From Terriglobia bacterium (lineage in GTDB: Bacteria; Acidobacteriota; Terriglobia; 20CM-2-55-15): 64,000 nucleotides of DNA. Location of the stretch: the NCBI GenBank assembly GCA_963664115.2, contig CAXWPJ010000009.1, forward strand, positions 1,184,001-1,248,000, written 5' to 3'. A program made the position numbers and the translations under genes. The notes under the pieces are model-generated. The model saw nothing but the letters and a program-made list of their open reading frames with translations, was not told the origin of the DNA and did not search any database. Of the stretch, positions 51,732-61,316 are shown piece by piece (position 1 is the first letter of the stretch; the number at the start of each line of letters is the position of its first letter).

Positions 51732-52199
51732 TCACTGATCTTGCCGTTCTTGTTTGAGCTTATCTTGATAGATCTGCTCGTACTGCTGAATGCGTTCTAA
51801 ATATCCGTCGGGATCGACGAAGCGCTCCGGATCGTAAGAGTCTCCAGGCTCGTATTTATCGTGAAGTCCGAAATGACCGGCATGTGATGAAACCCAGACA
51901 TCGAAAGTTCCTGCCAGCCTCTTTTGCCTGTCGAAGGTCTCAGCGTAAGCCTCACTGAAATTCGGGTAAGCCGGTGAATCGAGCAGCCGCACACGATACG
52001 CGATGCTGTAGGGATTCGCGAGGCCGCGCGCGACGACAACGACTCGGATATCCTGCCCTTCGGCGGTCTCGTAGGTCTTGGGCACGGGCGGCACCTTGAG
52101 CTCCGGTGCGACGGGGATGCCGTTCGCAAACGGCACGTTTTGCTGGGCGGCGGCCGGCGCCCAGACCAAGATCAACGATATAAGGAGTCCCCGTTTCAT
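51732..52199 (-). pseudogene. In-frame chimera: PQQ sugar-dehydrogenase-like N-terminus plus subclass B3 metallo-beta-lactamase-like C-terminus
   Basis: IRVVVVARGLANPYSIAY joined to YPNFSEAYAETF...DVWVSSH...FVDPDGY. Confidence 0.65.
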
Positions 52200-52352
52200 A
52201 TTTTCCACCGACCTCGAGTTTCCAGCGACGCACTGACCGCTTATTGCTATTGTGTATGAGCATAAAAAGCTCGGGGCGGGATGCGAAAGCTTGGCGTGAC
52301 GCCGGTTAGGTGAACTGCCCCACAGTTCAAATAGGCAGCCAGGGGGAAGGTC

Positions 52353-53807
52353 ATGTTGAACAAGAGTTACCTTTGCGGCGCCGCGTTGCTCCTCATCGCG
52401 ATCGGCACACAGATCGCTTGGGCAGATGACGCCGGATTATTGCGTACTACCTACGCGCTCGACGAAGCCCGTGGTTATTGCCTCGATATCCGGGGTTTCG
52501 GCGAAAACGCGAGAGTCGACGAACCGTTGCAGGTACATACGTGCAAATATGGCGCGGAGCTCGGGGATCAGATCTTTGCACGCACCGACGGGACGCGCGC
52601 GATATCGCTGCCCGAATACGATCGCTGCCTGGCCGCCACGGCGCTCGAGCCCGGCGCCACGCTACACGCGAGCGAGTGCACCGACAGCGCCAGGCAGCAG
52701 TGGCGCTTCGAGTGGGGGCGGCTGAGCCCCGAATCGCGACCGGATCTGTGCGTGTCGCTTGCCGGCGGCGCCGGAGCGGTCGCGGGAACGCCCGTATTGA
52801 TCACGCCCGTGTATCACAGCAGGTCGGTGAGCTTGGAGCGCTGCGATGACGCGCACAAGGCCCTCCAGACATTGCGCTTCTCGCCGCCCGATGAACGAGG
52901 CTTAAGCACGGCCGATGTCGCGCGTGAAGGCCTGCCGGCCGATGTCGCGGAGCGCCTCGCGGCTTTCGGGCGCGTGTTCGATGGACGGATCGCGGGCGAG
53001 ACGGCTCAGATCGTAGCGCCCGTACCAACCCTCTACGAAGCGGCTGAGATCGAAGTCGTGGAAGGGCTCGCCTATGGCTCGCACGAGCGCCAGCAACTCG
53101 ACATTCACACGGCGACGGCGCGCAACTCGAACGATCCCGTGCCCGTCATTGTCGTCTTTCACGGCGGCGGCTTGATCGGCGGCAGCAAAGAATCGACGGC
53201 GGCCGCTGCGAACTATTTCGCAAGCTTAGGACTAGTCGGCGTCAAGTCGAACTATCGTCTCGCCGGAACTCATCCTTGGCCTGCCGGCGCGCAAGACATC
53301 GGCGCGGCCGTGACTTGGCTCAGCGAGCATGCCGATGAATACGGCGGCGATCCCGAGCAGATATTCGTCATGGGCATCTCGACGGGCTCCTTCCATTCGG
53401 CGACTTACGTGTTCAGGCCCGAGCTCATGCCGCCCGGCACGATCCGCGCGGCCGGCGCGATCCTCATGTCGGGCCCGTATACGTTCGATTTCGACAATCC
53501 GTCGCCCGGTGAGCGCGCGTATTTTGGCGAGAATGCGTCGGCGTATGCCGAGCGCGTCGTCCCAGGCAATGTCAGCAGCACCGATATTCCGGTGTTGTTT
53601 ACGACGGCGGAGTGGGATGCGCCGCGCTACACGCGCTCATTGGCCATTCTGTTGCACGAGCTCGTCGTTGAGCATGGCGTTATGCCGCGCTATGCGCAGA
53701 GCCTAGGACACAATCATACGTCACAGTTGCTCTCGCTCGGCACGGCCGAAAAGAGCGTTTCGACGGAAATCGTCGACTTCATCGGGCAGGTGACAAAAGG
53801 GGACTGA
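52353..53807 (+). CDS. Exported ricin-B-lectin-like plus alpha/beta hydrolase (HSL-type esterase) fusion
   Basis: YCLDI, RCL, QQW, LCV lectin-like repeats; HGGG, YRLA, GISTG, HNH. Confidence 0.8.
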   Translation: MLNKSYLCGAALLLIAIGTQIAWADDAGLLRTTYALDEARGYCLDIRGFGENARVDEPLQVHTCKYGAELGDQIFARTDGTRAISLPEYDRCLAATALEPGATLHASECTDSARQQWRFEWGRLSPESRPDLCVSLAGGAGAVAGTPVLITPVYHSRSVSLERCDDAHKALQTLRFSPPDERGLSTADVAREGLPADVAERLAAFGRVFDGRIAGETAQIVAPVPTLYEAAEIEVVEGLAYGSHERQQLDIHTATARNSNDPVPVIVVFHGGGLIGGSKESTAAAANYFASLGLVGVKSNYRLAGTHPWPAGAQDIGAAVTWLSEHADEYGGDPEQIFVMGISTGSFHSATYVFRPELMPPGTIRAAGAILMSGPYTFDFDNPSPGERAYFGENASAYAERVVPGNVSSTDIPVLFTTAEWDAPRYTRSLAILLHELVVEHGVMPRYAQSLGHNHTSQLLSLGTAEKSVSTEIVDFIGQVTKGD

Positions 53808-53820
53808 CGAGTCCCTTTTG
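53794..53820. terminator. Hairpin at the end of the hydrolase gene
   Basis: CAAAAGGGGACT-GACG-AGTCCCTTTTG. Confidence 0.55.
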
Positions 53821-54011
53821 CCGTTGGCGCTATGCGTAGTAGTACTGGCCCATATCACATTCGATGCCCCCATGAAGAAGGAATACTTGGCGAAGCTGCG
53901 TTCCTTTATTGAGTCATTAGAGACATCCCTCTCTGAATGACATGGGTGAACTCATCAAGTAGCGCGCAGACCCTCCAACCTCAGGACCAATCTAGCGGAC
54001 CATCACCCAGG

Positions 54012-54100
54012 ATCGAGAACCTTAGGACTGGAGTGGTATAACTTGAAAACCGCCTCTTAGAAAAACGGCCCTTTTGTCCGAATTATTCTGACGACGTACA
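54012..54100 (+). mobile_element. Solo right end of an IS3 element related to 12054-13543
   Basis: Near match to the reverse complement of 12054-12142, including the last transposase codons IENLR.GVV*. Confidence 0.88.
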
Positions 54101-54118
54101 GGCTCGAACCCAACAAAG

Positions 54119-54165
54119 AAGCGGGTTCCGGCGTGCCCTCAAGCACTTCCGAAACCCGCTTTTTT
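54119..54165. terminator. Probable bidirectional terminator beside the displaced tRNA half
   Basis: AAGCGGGTTCCGG...CCGAAACCCGCTT stem with T6 on + and TTCTTTGTT on -. Confidence 0.7.
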
Positions 54166-54167
54166 GC

Positions 54168-54207
54168 ATCCTAAATCCAGCGCGTCTGCCAGTTCCGCCA
54201 CTTTCGC
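54168..54207 (-). other. Displaced 5' half of tRNA-Leu (att site)
   Basis: Exact 40-nt match to tRNA positions 1-40; TATACT about 20 nt upstream (54227-32). Confidence 0.9.
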
Positions 54208-54294
54208 CCGAAATAATCGAAAGCTCAGTATACCTCAGGGCCTCCAGTCGATGGTTGGGTCGTGGAGGGCAGGTGCCGGGCTTCTTTCAGATGT

Positions 54295-56004
54295 TCAGTA
54301 GGGTGCCGTCGTGATAGACGTGCCGTGGCGATAGAATTCGGCATCGTAGACCGTAGGTCCTGTGTCGCCGTCCAGCATGACCTCGCGTAGCATCCGAATC
54401 GGAATCCCTCCCTGGCTCAGAAAGGCATCGTGGAAGCGCTTCAAGTCCACAGTCCTGTTTGCCTTCATCCAGTCGTCTCTCAACTTGTATAGCTGAAGTT
54501 TTCCGAAAGTGTAGCTGAGATAGGTGGGATCGTAGGTTCCACGGCGGGCCTCTTCGTAAGCGTTGGCCGGCTCCTGAAATCCCTTTGCTTCGAAAAACTG
54601 TGCGCCCTCCTCAAGAGTCATACCTTCGGTATGCAGCTTGATGCCGACAACCAAGCGGCAGTCACGCAAAAGCGCTTCCTGGAGCTGCGCCAAATGCAGA
54701 AAACGCGTGTCCCCACCGTAATGCGCCTCGATCATCATTTGCTCGGCGTAATGTGCCCAACCTTCCACATTCGTATTGCAGTCGAGAATCTTCCGGGTTC
54801 GGGTGGGGAACCGGGATGCGTTTAAGAACTGCACGTAGTGACCGGGATAGGCTTCGTGAATCGTGATGATTTCCATGACGGGGCGATTGAACAGCCGCAG
54901 GTGCTCCCCCTTGTGCGCCGCGTCCCAGTCCGGTTCCGGCGGCGTTACGTAGTAGTAAGCCTCGCAATGTCCCTGCTCGTACGGCCCCGGCGTGTCCATT
55001 GCCGCAAACACGCCAGACCGGAGGTATGGGGGAGTCTCCTTGATTAACGGGTGTGTGTCTCGGGGGAGGGTCACGATCTGATGCGCCTTGATGAACCGAA
55101 CGATATCGGCCAGGGTGTCGTTCGCGAAGCCGATGAGGTTCTGCTCGGCTGGGTAGTCGTCGGACATCGCCCGCATCACCTCCGATGGCGTCCGATTGGG
55201 GTTGATCGCCTCAGTGACTTGGACAAAATCCCTGTAGTCCCGTTCCAGGTTGGCTTCTCCAATTGCGAGCAAGTCGGCTAGAGGCAGGTCGACCATTTCT
55301 TCGTATCGCAACTTTCTGAGGAAGGCGTCCTCACCTATTGCATAATCCGTAGTGGAACGGGGCAGTAGTTCCTCAGCCAGCCACGTCGCCACGCTCTCGA
55401 TGGCATCTGACGCCGGCCTGTGAGCCGCCTTGAAATCCTCCAGCAGGCCTTTGTTTCCGCCCGCGGCCTCTGTGGCCCACGCGTCGAGCGTCTGTCCGAA
55501 GAAATCGGTCGAGCCCCGTGCCATGCGGATCGCCAAATCAGTGAAGGCCCGTGGCGATTCGGCGATGTTCGTCTTCATGGCGGCCACAGCCCGAGGTATT
55601 CCGTGCAGCCGTGATGTGAGGGACTGAAGCCGCTGGGGGGGCGCTATGAAGTCACGTTTGATCAGCCCATCGACGGTGCTGCCGAGGAGCCAGAGATATT
55701 CGATCGGACTCCGCCGCCAGTTTGCGATGGTTTCCAGGTCGAGTAATTCGGCCTGTATACGGCCAGCGATCACGTCTCCATCAATTCTGTCCGAAGTTGA
55801 AAGTGCGGTCCGTCCCAATCGTTCGATCCGTTCGCCCTGCTCCTTGAGTTGGTCGATACGCTTGAGGTGGGCCGGGGCCGATAGGTCGGGAAAATCACCG
55901 TCGCGATCGTGCAGTCCTTTGGATGTCGCCAGGGAAGGGTCGCGCTCGAACAGCGCGTCAAAGTATTCGTTCACGAAGGCCGTAAATTTGGAATTATCCG
56001 TCAT
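54295..56004 (-). CDS. DUF885-family protein
   Basis: HEAYPGHYVQ, EGWAHYAE, YLSYTFGK, FHDAFL. Confidence 0.88.
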   Translation of the reverse strand: MTDNSKFTAFVNEYFDALFERDPSLATSKGLHDRDGDFPDLSAPAHLKRIDQLKEQGERIERLGRTALSTSDRIDGDVIAGRIQAELLDLETIANWRRSPIEYLWLLGSTVDGLIKRDFIAPPQRLQSLTSRLHGIPRAVAAMKTNIAESPRAFTDLAIRMARGSTDFFGQTLDAWATEAAGGNKGLLEDFKAAHRPASDAIESVATWLAEELLPRSTTDYAIGEDAFLRKLRYEEMVDLPLADLLAIGEANLERDYRDFVQVTEAINPNRTPSEVMRAMSDDYPAEQNLIGFANDTLADIVRFIKAHQIVTLPRDTHPLIKETPPYLRSGVFAAMDTPGPYEQGHCEAYYYVTPPEPDWDAAHKGEHLRLFNRPVMEIITIHEAYPGHYVQFLNASRFPTRTRKILDCNTNVEGWAHYAEQMMIEAHYGGDTRFLHLAQLQEALLRDCRLVVGIKLHTEGMTLEEGAQFFEAKGFQEPANAYEEARRGTYDPTYLSYTFGKLQLYKLRDDWMKANRTVDLKRFHDAFLSQGGIPIRMLREVMLDGDTGPTVYDAEFYRHGTSITTAPY

Positions 56005-56104
56005 ACGTTAGTCCCGACCGGCATTATGGCATGGTCCGACAATCGTGCTTTTTGGTTGCCCGTGGAGACCGTCTTGATACAATTCGCGCGAGGAGCCTTT
56101 CAGC

Positions 56105-56479
56105 ATGAATCCAGCACCACCGGAAGTGCGACGCACGCTCGCGCGACTTCGCGTGGAGATCCTGACTTACCTGGATCGCGCCGAAAGCGAGACGGACTTC
56201 TGCGGCCGCTGCCAGCTGCCACTTCCCTCAGGAGACTTCGAAGAATACGAGTTCTGTCCTTGGTGTGACCAGTCGTTCAACGGTGACGCGCCGCGTCTGG
56301 ACGAATCGTGCCGAATCATCGAGCACCACTGGATCGTTCAGGAAGAGATCCAGTGCGGAGAGTGTGGCGGGGAATATGAACAGCCGAGTCGTTATCCGTT
56401 CTGTTTCTGTCCTCATTGCGGTGCACAATTCGCCTTTGAACACGAAGCAATTTTGGAATTGCCATTTCTGGTTCGATGA
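56105..56479 (+). CDS. Small multi-zinc-ribbon protein
   Basis: Four CxxC pairs (CGRC, CPWC, CGEC, CPHC); GAGGAG RBS. Confidence 0.7.
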   Translation: MNPAPPEVRRTLARLRVEILTYLDRAESETDFCGRCQLPLPSGDFEEYEFCPWCDQSFNGDAPRLDESCRIIEHHWIVQEEIQCGECGGEYEQPSRYPFCFCPHCGAQFAFEHEAILELPFLVR

Positions 56480-56530
56480 CACGGTTCTTCCTGGATTGAC
56501 GACGTAAGACGCTATGCTAGATTTTCTGCA

Positions 56531-58195
56531 ATGAAGCTATGCTCATTCCATAAACCGATAAGCGTCGGCGTTCTCCTTGTCGGTCTCGTGTGCGGACTGC
56601 TCCAGTCCTATCAACTACAAGCGAGTCAGGAAGTTCGCCCCCGACCCAAGTTGATCCTGGTGCTTGCGATCGATCAAATGCGCTTCGACTACTTGACCCG
56701 TTTTGACGATCTCTACGAAGGTGGATTGCGGACACTGATTGACGACGGAGCGGTTTTCACGAATGCGCGCTACCGTCACGCAGCAACGGAAACGGGTCCA
56801 GGCCATTCTGTGATCCTTTCGGGTCGTCATCCCAGCAGTTCCGGCATCGTCGGAAATGTTTGGTACGATCTGCTCTTGGGACGTTCGGTCAATGTCATCG
56901 CTGACCCATTCCAACGCCCGCTTGGAGGAGAAGGCTCACAGGCGTCTCCGGTCAACCTGGTGGGTTTTACTGTAGGCGATACCTTAAAGCAGTCCAGCCC
57001 CGAATCCAAGATCGTCGGTGTGTCTCTCAAAGATCGATCTGCGATCTTGATGGCTGGCCGCCTGGGTGACGCAGCCTACTGGTATGAGACCTTTGGCGGC
57101 AACTTCATTACAAGCACCTACTACATGGATGAGGCTCCGCCGTGGCTGGATGCGTGGAACGGGCGGCACGTGGCGGATGGGTACGCTGGACGGCAGTGGA
57201 CCCGTTCGATCGACGACGCGTCGATCTATGAACGCTATGCCGGCCCTGATGCTGTCGAAGGCGAGTGGGATCGAACAGATATTGTCTTCCCCCACCAGAT
57301 CCGCGGAAATCCGCCCGAGCGTGGGTTCTATGACGATCTGAGACGGACGCCGTTTGCCGACGAGATGACGTTAGAGGTGGCCTTGGAGGCTATAACGGCT
57401 CATGAGTTGGGAACCGACGAGATTACCGATATTCTGGCGATCGGTTTCTCCGGTACTGACATCGTGGGGCACACCTATGGGGCGCAAAGTCAGGAAGTGA
57501 TGGACCAGATGCTTCGACTGGACCGCGTCCTTAAGGAACTGTTTGACGAGATTGATGAGAGCGTCGGGTTGGGAGAGACTTTGGTCGTGCTCACTGCCGA
57601 TCATGGATCTCTTCCCCTGGTCGAGACCCTGCAGACCAGTGGAATAGACGCTCGCCGCGTCGATCCCAATGTCCTTCGAAATGCGGTGGAAAGAGGACTT
57701 CAAGATCGATTTACGGACTCATCGAACTTTGTTGCCAGCGCTGGATCGCGCAGTATCTATCTGGATGTAGCCGCCATCGAGCGTCAGGGTGCACGGCGGT
57801 CCGATGTTGAACAGGTCATCATCGAAGCACTCACCTCGACAGGGATCGTTGGTGCCGTCTACACTCAGGATCAACTGATCAGTGATCAGCCGTCGGAAGA
57901 CCCCTACATCGGACTGTACCGCAATTCGTTTTTTTCTTCGCGAAGTCCACACCTTACGGTTCGGATTAACCCTTACATCTACCTGAGCAGCGAGTTCGCC
58001 GGAGGTACGGGTCACGGCACTCCATACGATTACGATCGCCACATTCCCATCGTCCTGATGGGCCCAGGCATCCAAGCCGGTACCTTCCCGCTCGATAGCG
58101 GTCCAGAGGACATCGCGCCAACTCTTGCCGAGATACTGGGCCTGGACTACCCCAAAGAACCGGATGCCCGTATCTTGAGCGAAGCCTTTCAATAA
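56531..58195 (+). CDS. Alkaline phosphatase family protein (PafA-type)
   Basis: IDQMR, TETGPGH, SLKDRSAI, DIVGH, TADHG, GHGTPYDYD. Confidence 0.9.
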   Translation: MKLCSFHKPISVGVLLVGLVCGLLQSYQLQASQEVRPRPKLILVLAIDQMRFDYLTRFDDLYEGGLRTLIDDGAVFTNARYRHAATETGPGHSVILSGRHPSSSGIVGNVWYDLLLGRSVNVIADPFQRPLGGEGSQASPVNLVGFTVGDTLKQSSPESKIVGVSLKDRSAILMAGRLGDAAYWYETFGGNFITSTYYMDEAPPWLDAWNGRHVADGYAGRQWTRSIDDASIYERYAGPDAVEGEWDRTDIVFPHQIRGNPPERGFYDDLRRTPFADEMTLEVALEAITAHELGTDEITDILAIGFSGTDIVGHTYGAQSQEVMDQMLRLDRVLKELFDEIDESVGLGETLVVLTADHGSLPLVETLQTSGIDARRVDPNVLRNAVERGLQDRFTDSSNFVASAGSRSIYLDVAAIERQGARRSDVEQVIIEALTSTGIVGAVYTQDQLISDQPSEDPYIGLYRNSFFSSRSPHLTVRINPYIYLSSEFAGGTGHGTPYDYDRHIPIVLMGPGIQAGTFPLDSGPEDIAPTLAEILGLDYPKEPDARILSEAFQ

Positions 58196-58340
58196 GAGTT
58201 GGATTTCAGACACAAAGGCTCAGAGAAACACACACGGATTGATACGCCTGTACGCTTCTGAGGACCCGAAGACACCTGTCTCCCCCCCTGCACCTCGGTG
58301 CCTCTGCGCTCAATAACTCTCTGTGTGATAATTTCACGCA

Positions 58341-60278
58341 ATGCCCGACACCAAGCCCTACGGTTCCTGGACGTCTTCAATCACTGCCGAGCTGATCACG
58401 GCCAATGAGATCGTTCTGGCCAGACCGCTGTTTTCAGGTGGTTTTCTGAATTGGCTTGAAGGCAGACCGTTGGAAGGTGGTCGTAACGTAGTCGTCCGGC
58501 GCGACCCAACGGGCGTCGTCACCGACGTGACTCCGGATCCGTTTAGCGCACGCTCGCGCGTTCACGAATACGGTGGTGGCACATGGATAGCCGATGGTGA
58601 GCGAGTCTTCTTTACCGAGGATTCAAGCCAGCGACTCTATCGTGTGACAGGAAAAGAGGTCCCGACCCCGATTACGCCGGAGCCTCCCTCTCCCGGTTCC
58701 ATCCGTTATGCGGACCTCTCCATGACTCCCGACGGCGACTCCGTGGTTGTCGTTCGTGAGGTTCACGACAACGATCACGAAGTCGTCAACGACCTGGTCA
58801 TTGTTGCTGCCGATGGTTCGCTTGGACCGAGAAGTTTAACCGCAGGCCGCGACTTCTATTCGTTCCCCCGTGTTAGCCCGAACGGGAAGCGATTCCTCTG
58901 GACGTCCTGGGATCACCCGCAGATGCCGTGGGACGGGACCGACCTCTGGGTTGCGGGCCTCACTCCCGACGGCCTGTCTGTCGCGCAGCATGTTGCCGGA
59001 GGTGTAAAAGAGTCGATCTTTCAGCCTGTCTGGGGTGACGACGATACGATCTACTTCATCTCTGACCGAAGCGGTTGGTGGAATCTGTATGCATTTCACG
59101 GTGGCGAGACACGCGCCCTTGTTCCGATGGAAGCTGAGTTCGGTGAGCCGCAGTGGGTGTTCGGGCTGTCGCGCTACGCTTTGATTGAAGGGGGTCGGCT
59201 CGCATGTGTATATACCCAGGGCGGAACCGATCATCTGGCCGTTGTCGACACCAAACGGAATAGCCTGGAGGATTGGCCGCTACCGTATACCGCAATTACA
59301 GGGGTGGCCAGCGACGGGATTAAACGCGTCGCGATCATCGGGTCATCACCTTCTGTGCCCTCCGAGTTGGTGCTGCTTGAAGTCGGGTCCTCAGATCGGA
59401 CCGTCATTAGGAAGAGCCTCGATGTTGAACTCGACCCGAGAGACCTGTCTCATCCACAACACATCGAGTTCCCTTCATCCGGAGGGCGCAGGGCGTACGC
59501 GTTCTATTATCCGCCGACCAACAAAACGACCTCCGGGATTTCCGGCGAGAAACCCCCGTTGATAGTGACGAGCCACGGCGGTCCGACAACTCACGCCACG
59601 TCCGGCCTCAAGCTTAAGACTCAGTTCTGGACGAGTCGGGGATTCGCGGTCGTGGACGTCAACTACGGCGGCAGCACAGGATACGGACGGGAGTACAGAA
59701 ACCTTCTTCTGGGTCGTTGGGGGATCGTGGATCTTGAAGACTGTGTGGCAGTCGCCCGTCATCTGGCAGGGAAGGGATATGTCGATGGCGAGAGGATGGC
59801 TATCAGGGGCGGGAGCGCCAGTGGATTTACGACGCTGTCTGCTCTCGTGTTTCATGATCTGTTCCGAGCCGGCGCGTCGTACTACGGCGTCGCAGATCTG
59901 GAGGCCCTGGCTCGGGATACGCACAAGTTTGAATCCCGCTACCTGGACAATTTGATCGGCCCATATCCGGAACGCGCTGATTTGTATCGGAAGCGATCAC
60001 CTCTTCGGAAGGCAGAAAGTTTGTCGGCTCCGATCATATTCTTTCAGGGACTTCTGGATGCCGTAGTGCCGCCATCTCAAGCCGAGGAAATGATAGCCGC
60101 TCTCAGGAGAAATGCGCTTCCGTTCGCGTATGTGACTTTTGCCGAGGAACGGCACGGTTTCAGGCAAGCGGCCTCGATCCGTCGTTCGCTGGAAGCCGAG
60201 CTCTACTTTTATTCACGTGTGTTCGGTTTCGAGGCGGCAGATACTGTGGATCCGGTTGAGATAGAGAACTTCAATTGA
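58341..60278 (+). CDS. S9 (prolyl oligopeptidase family) peptidase
   Basis: KPYGSW, RSRVHEYGGG, HGGPT, VNYGGSTGYG, GGSAS, D..VPP, ERHGFR. Confidence 0.92.
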   Translation: MPDTKPYGSWTSSITAELITANEIVLARPLFSGGFLNWLEGRPLEGGRNVVVRRDPTGVVTDVTPDPFSARSRVHEYGGGTWIADGERVFFTEDSSQRLYRVTGKEVPTPITPEPPSPGSIRYADLSMTPDGDSVVVVREVHDNDHEVVNDLVIVAADGSLGPRSLTAGRDFYSFPRVSPNGKRFLWTSWDHPQMPWDGTDLWVAGLTPDGLSVAQHVAGGVKESIFQPVWGDDDTIYFISDRSGWWNLYAFHGGETRALVPMEAEFGEPQWVFGLSRYALIEGGRLACVYTQGGTDHLAVVDTKRNSLEDWPLPYTAITGVASDGIKRVAIIGSSPSVPSELVLLEVGSSDRTVIRKSLDVELDPRDLSHPQHIEFPSSGGRRAYAFYYPPTNKTTSGISGEKPPLIVTSHGGPTTHATSGLKLKTQFWTSRGFAVVDVNYGGSTGYGREYRNLLLGRWGIVDLEDCVAVARHLAGKGYVDGERMAIRGGSASGFTTLSALVFHDLFRAGASYYGVADLEALARDTHKFESRYLDNLIGPYPERADLYRKRSPLRKAESLSAPIIFFQGLLDAVVPPSQAEEMIAALRRNALPFAYVTFAEERHGFRQAASIRRSLEAELYFYSRVFGFEAADTVDPVEIENFN

Positions 60279-61198
60279 CAATGCGTTGGATTTCAATCGT
60301 CTGCATTCTCTACGCGACGGCCTTAGAGGCCCAGAATGGTGTGGGTTTGTGTAGGGAATGGGGCGAGGCCCGTGAAGTCGGTCAGTTGGACTCCGCAATC
60401 ATCCCCGAGGCAAGTGGAATGGAGTTTTCCTCGGATTTTCGGGACCGGCTGTACCATGTGGACGATTCTTCGACGCGTATCCATGTGACTGACGCTCAAG
60501 GCAACCTCCTCCAATCGGTATCGATCGAGGGAACCGGCGGAACCGACGTCGAAGATCTGGCGCTGGGTCCCTGCGGGGAAGCAACATGTCTGTTCATCGC
60601 GGACATCGGAGACAATTCCCGTCAGCGAGACAGCATTGAAGTGATTGTTGTCGAAGAAGTCGAGGAATTTTCTCAACAAGTATTGCCCCGACATAGGATT
60701 CGCCTGCGATACCCTGACGGTCCAATAGATGCCGAGGCGCTGGCGGTGCGTCCCAACGGTGATATCTTTTTGATGGCACGTCGGCTTTTCCCCGATACTT
60801 CAGAAACCCATGCCGAACTATTCCGACTGCCTGCCGCGGCTTGGGTCGGCGAAGCAAATTCCAGCCCGACCCTTGAGCCCGTATCTTCGATTGATTTCCG
60901 GGAACTCTCCCCGACACTACCCGGTCAACTTGTTACGGCAATGGATTTTTCTGAGGACGGGGAACGACTGCTCGTTCTGACCTACGTTGACGCGTTCGAG
61001 TTCCAAATCGGACCGGCTGAAATGTTCGAGTTGAATCCTCCGTTGAATGAAGGGCAAGACTTTCTTCGAATTCGGCTCACACCATTGCGGCAGCAGGAAT
61101 CGGTAGCCTATGTAATCGGATCTCCGGCAGTAATTTATGGGAGCGAAGCGGGCGGCGGGCGATCGCCTATCATGCGCGTCGAATGCCGGACTCGGTAA
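60275..61198 (+). CDS. Exported hypothetical protein (beta-propeller-like)
   Basis: EASG, DVEDLA, IADIGDN, DAEAL, QESV motifs; signal peptide. Confidence 0.75.
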   Translation: MTMRWISIVCILYATALEAQNGVGLCREWGEAREVGQLDSAIIPEASGMEFSSDFRDRLYHVDDSSTRIHVTDAQGNLLQSVSIEGTGGTDVEDLALGPCGEATCLFIADIGDNSRQRDSIEVIVVEEVEEFSQQVLPRHRIRLRYPDGPIDAEALAVRPNGDIFLMARRLFPDTSETHAELFRLPAAAWVGEANSSPTLEPVSSIDFRELSPTLPGQLVTAMDFSEDGERLLVLTYVDAFEFQIGPAEMFELNPPLNEGQDFLRIRLTPLRQQESVAYVIGSPAVIYGSEAGGGRSPIMRVECRTR

Positions 61199-61316
61199 AA
61201 GTCCTAGGACAGGAAATCTGAGAGAACCTTTGATCGGGCGTTGCCGTGGTGATAGGTTTCTAGCGATCTTCGCGGGGAGGCCAGACAAAACTCATATCCA
61301 AAAAATATGAGTCACG

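Larger units (their letters stand above)
41793..54207. mobile_element. Genomic island integrated in tRNA-Leu, bounded by a 40-bp direct repeat of the tRNA 5' half
   Basis: ATCCTAAATCCAGCGCGTCTGCCAGTTCCGCCACTTTCGC at 41793-41832 and 54168-54207; integrase adjacent. Confidence 0.9.

Noticed and set aside
54168-54207. Second tRNA-Leu gene
   Set aside because: Only nucleotides 1-40 are present; no acceptor 3' strand.
59805-59830. S9 peptidase nucleophile elbow GGSAS instead of GGSAG
   Set aside because: Single substitution with Ser, Asp and His motifs retained; cannot judge significance.
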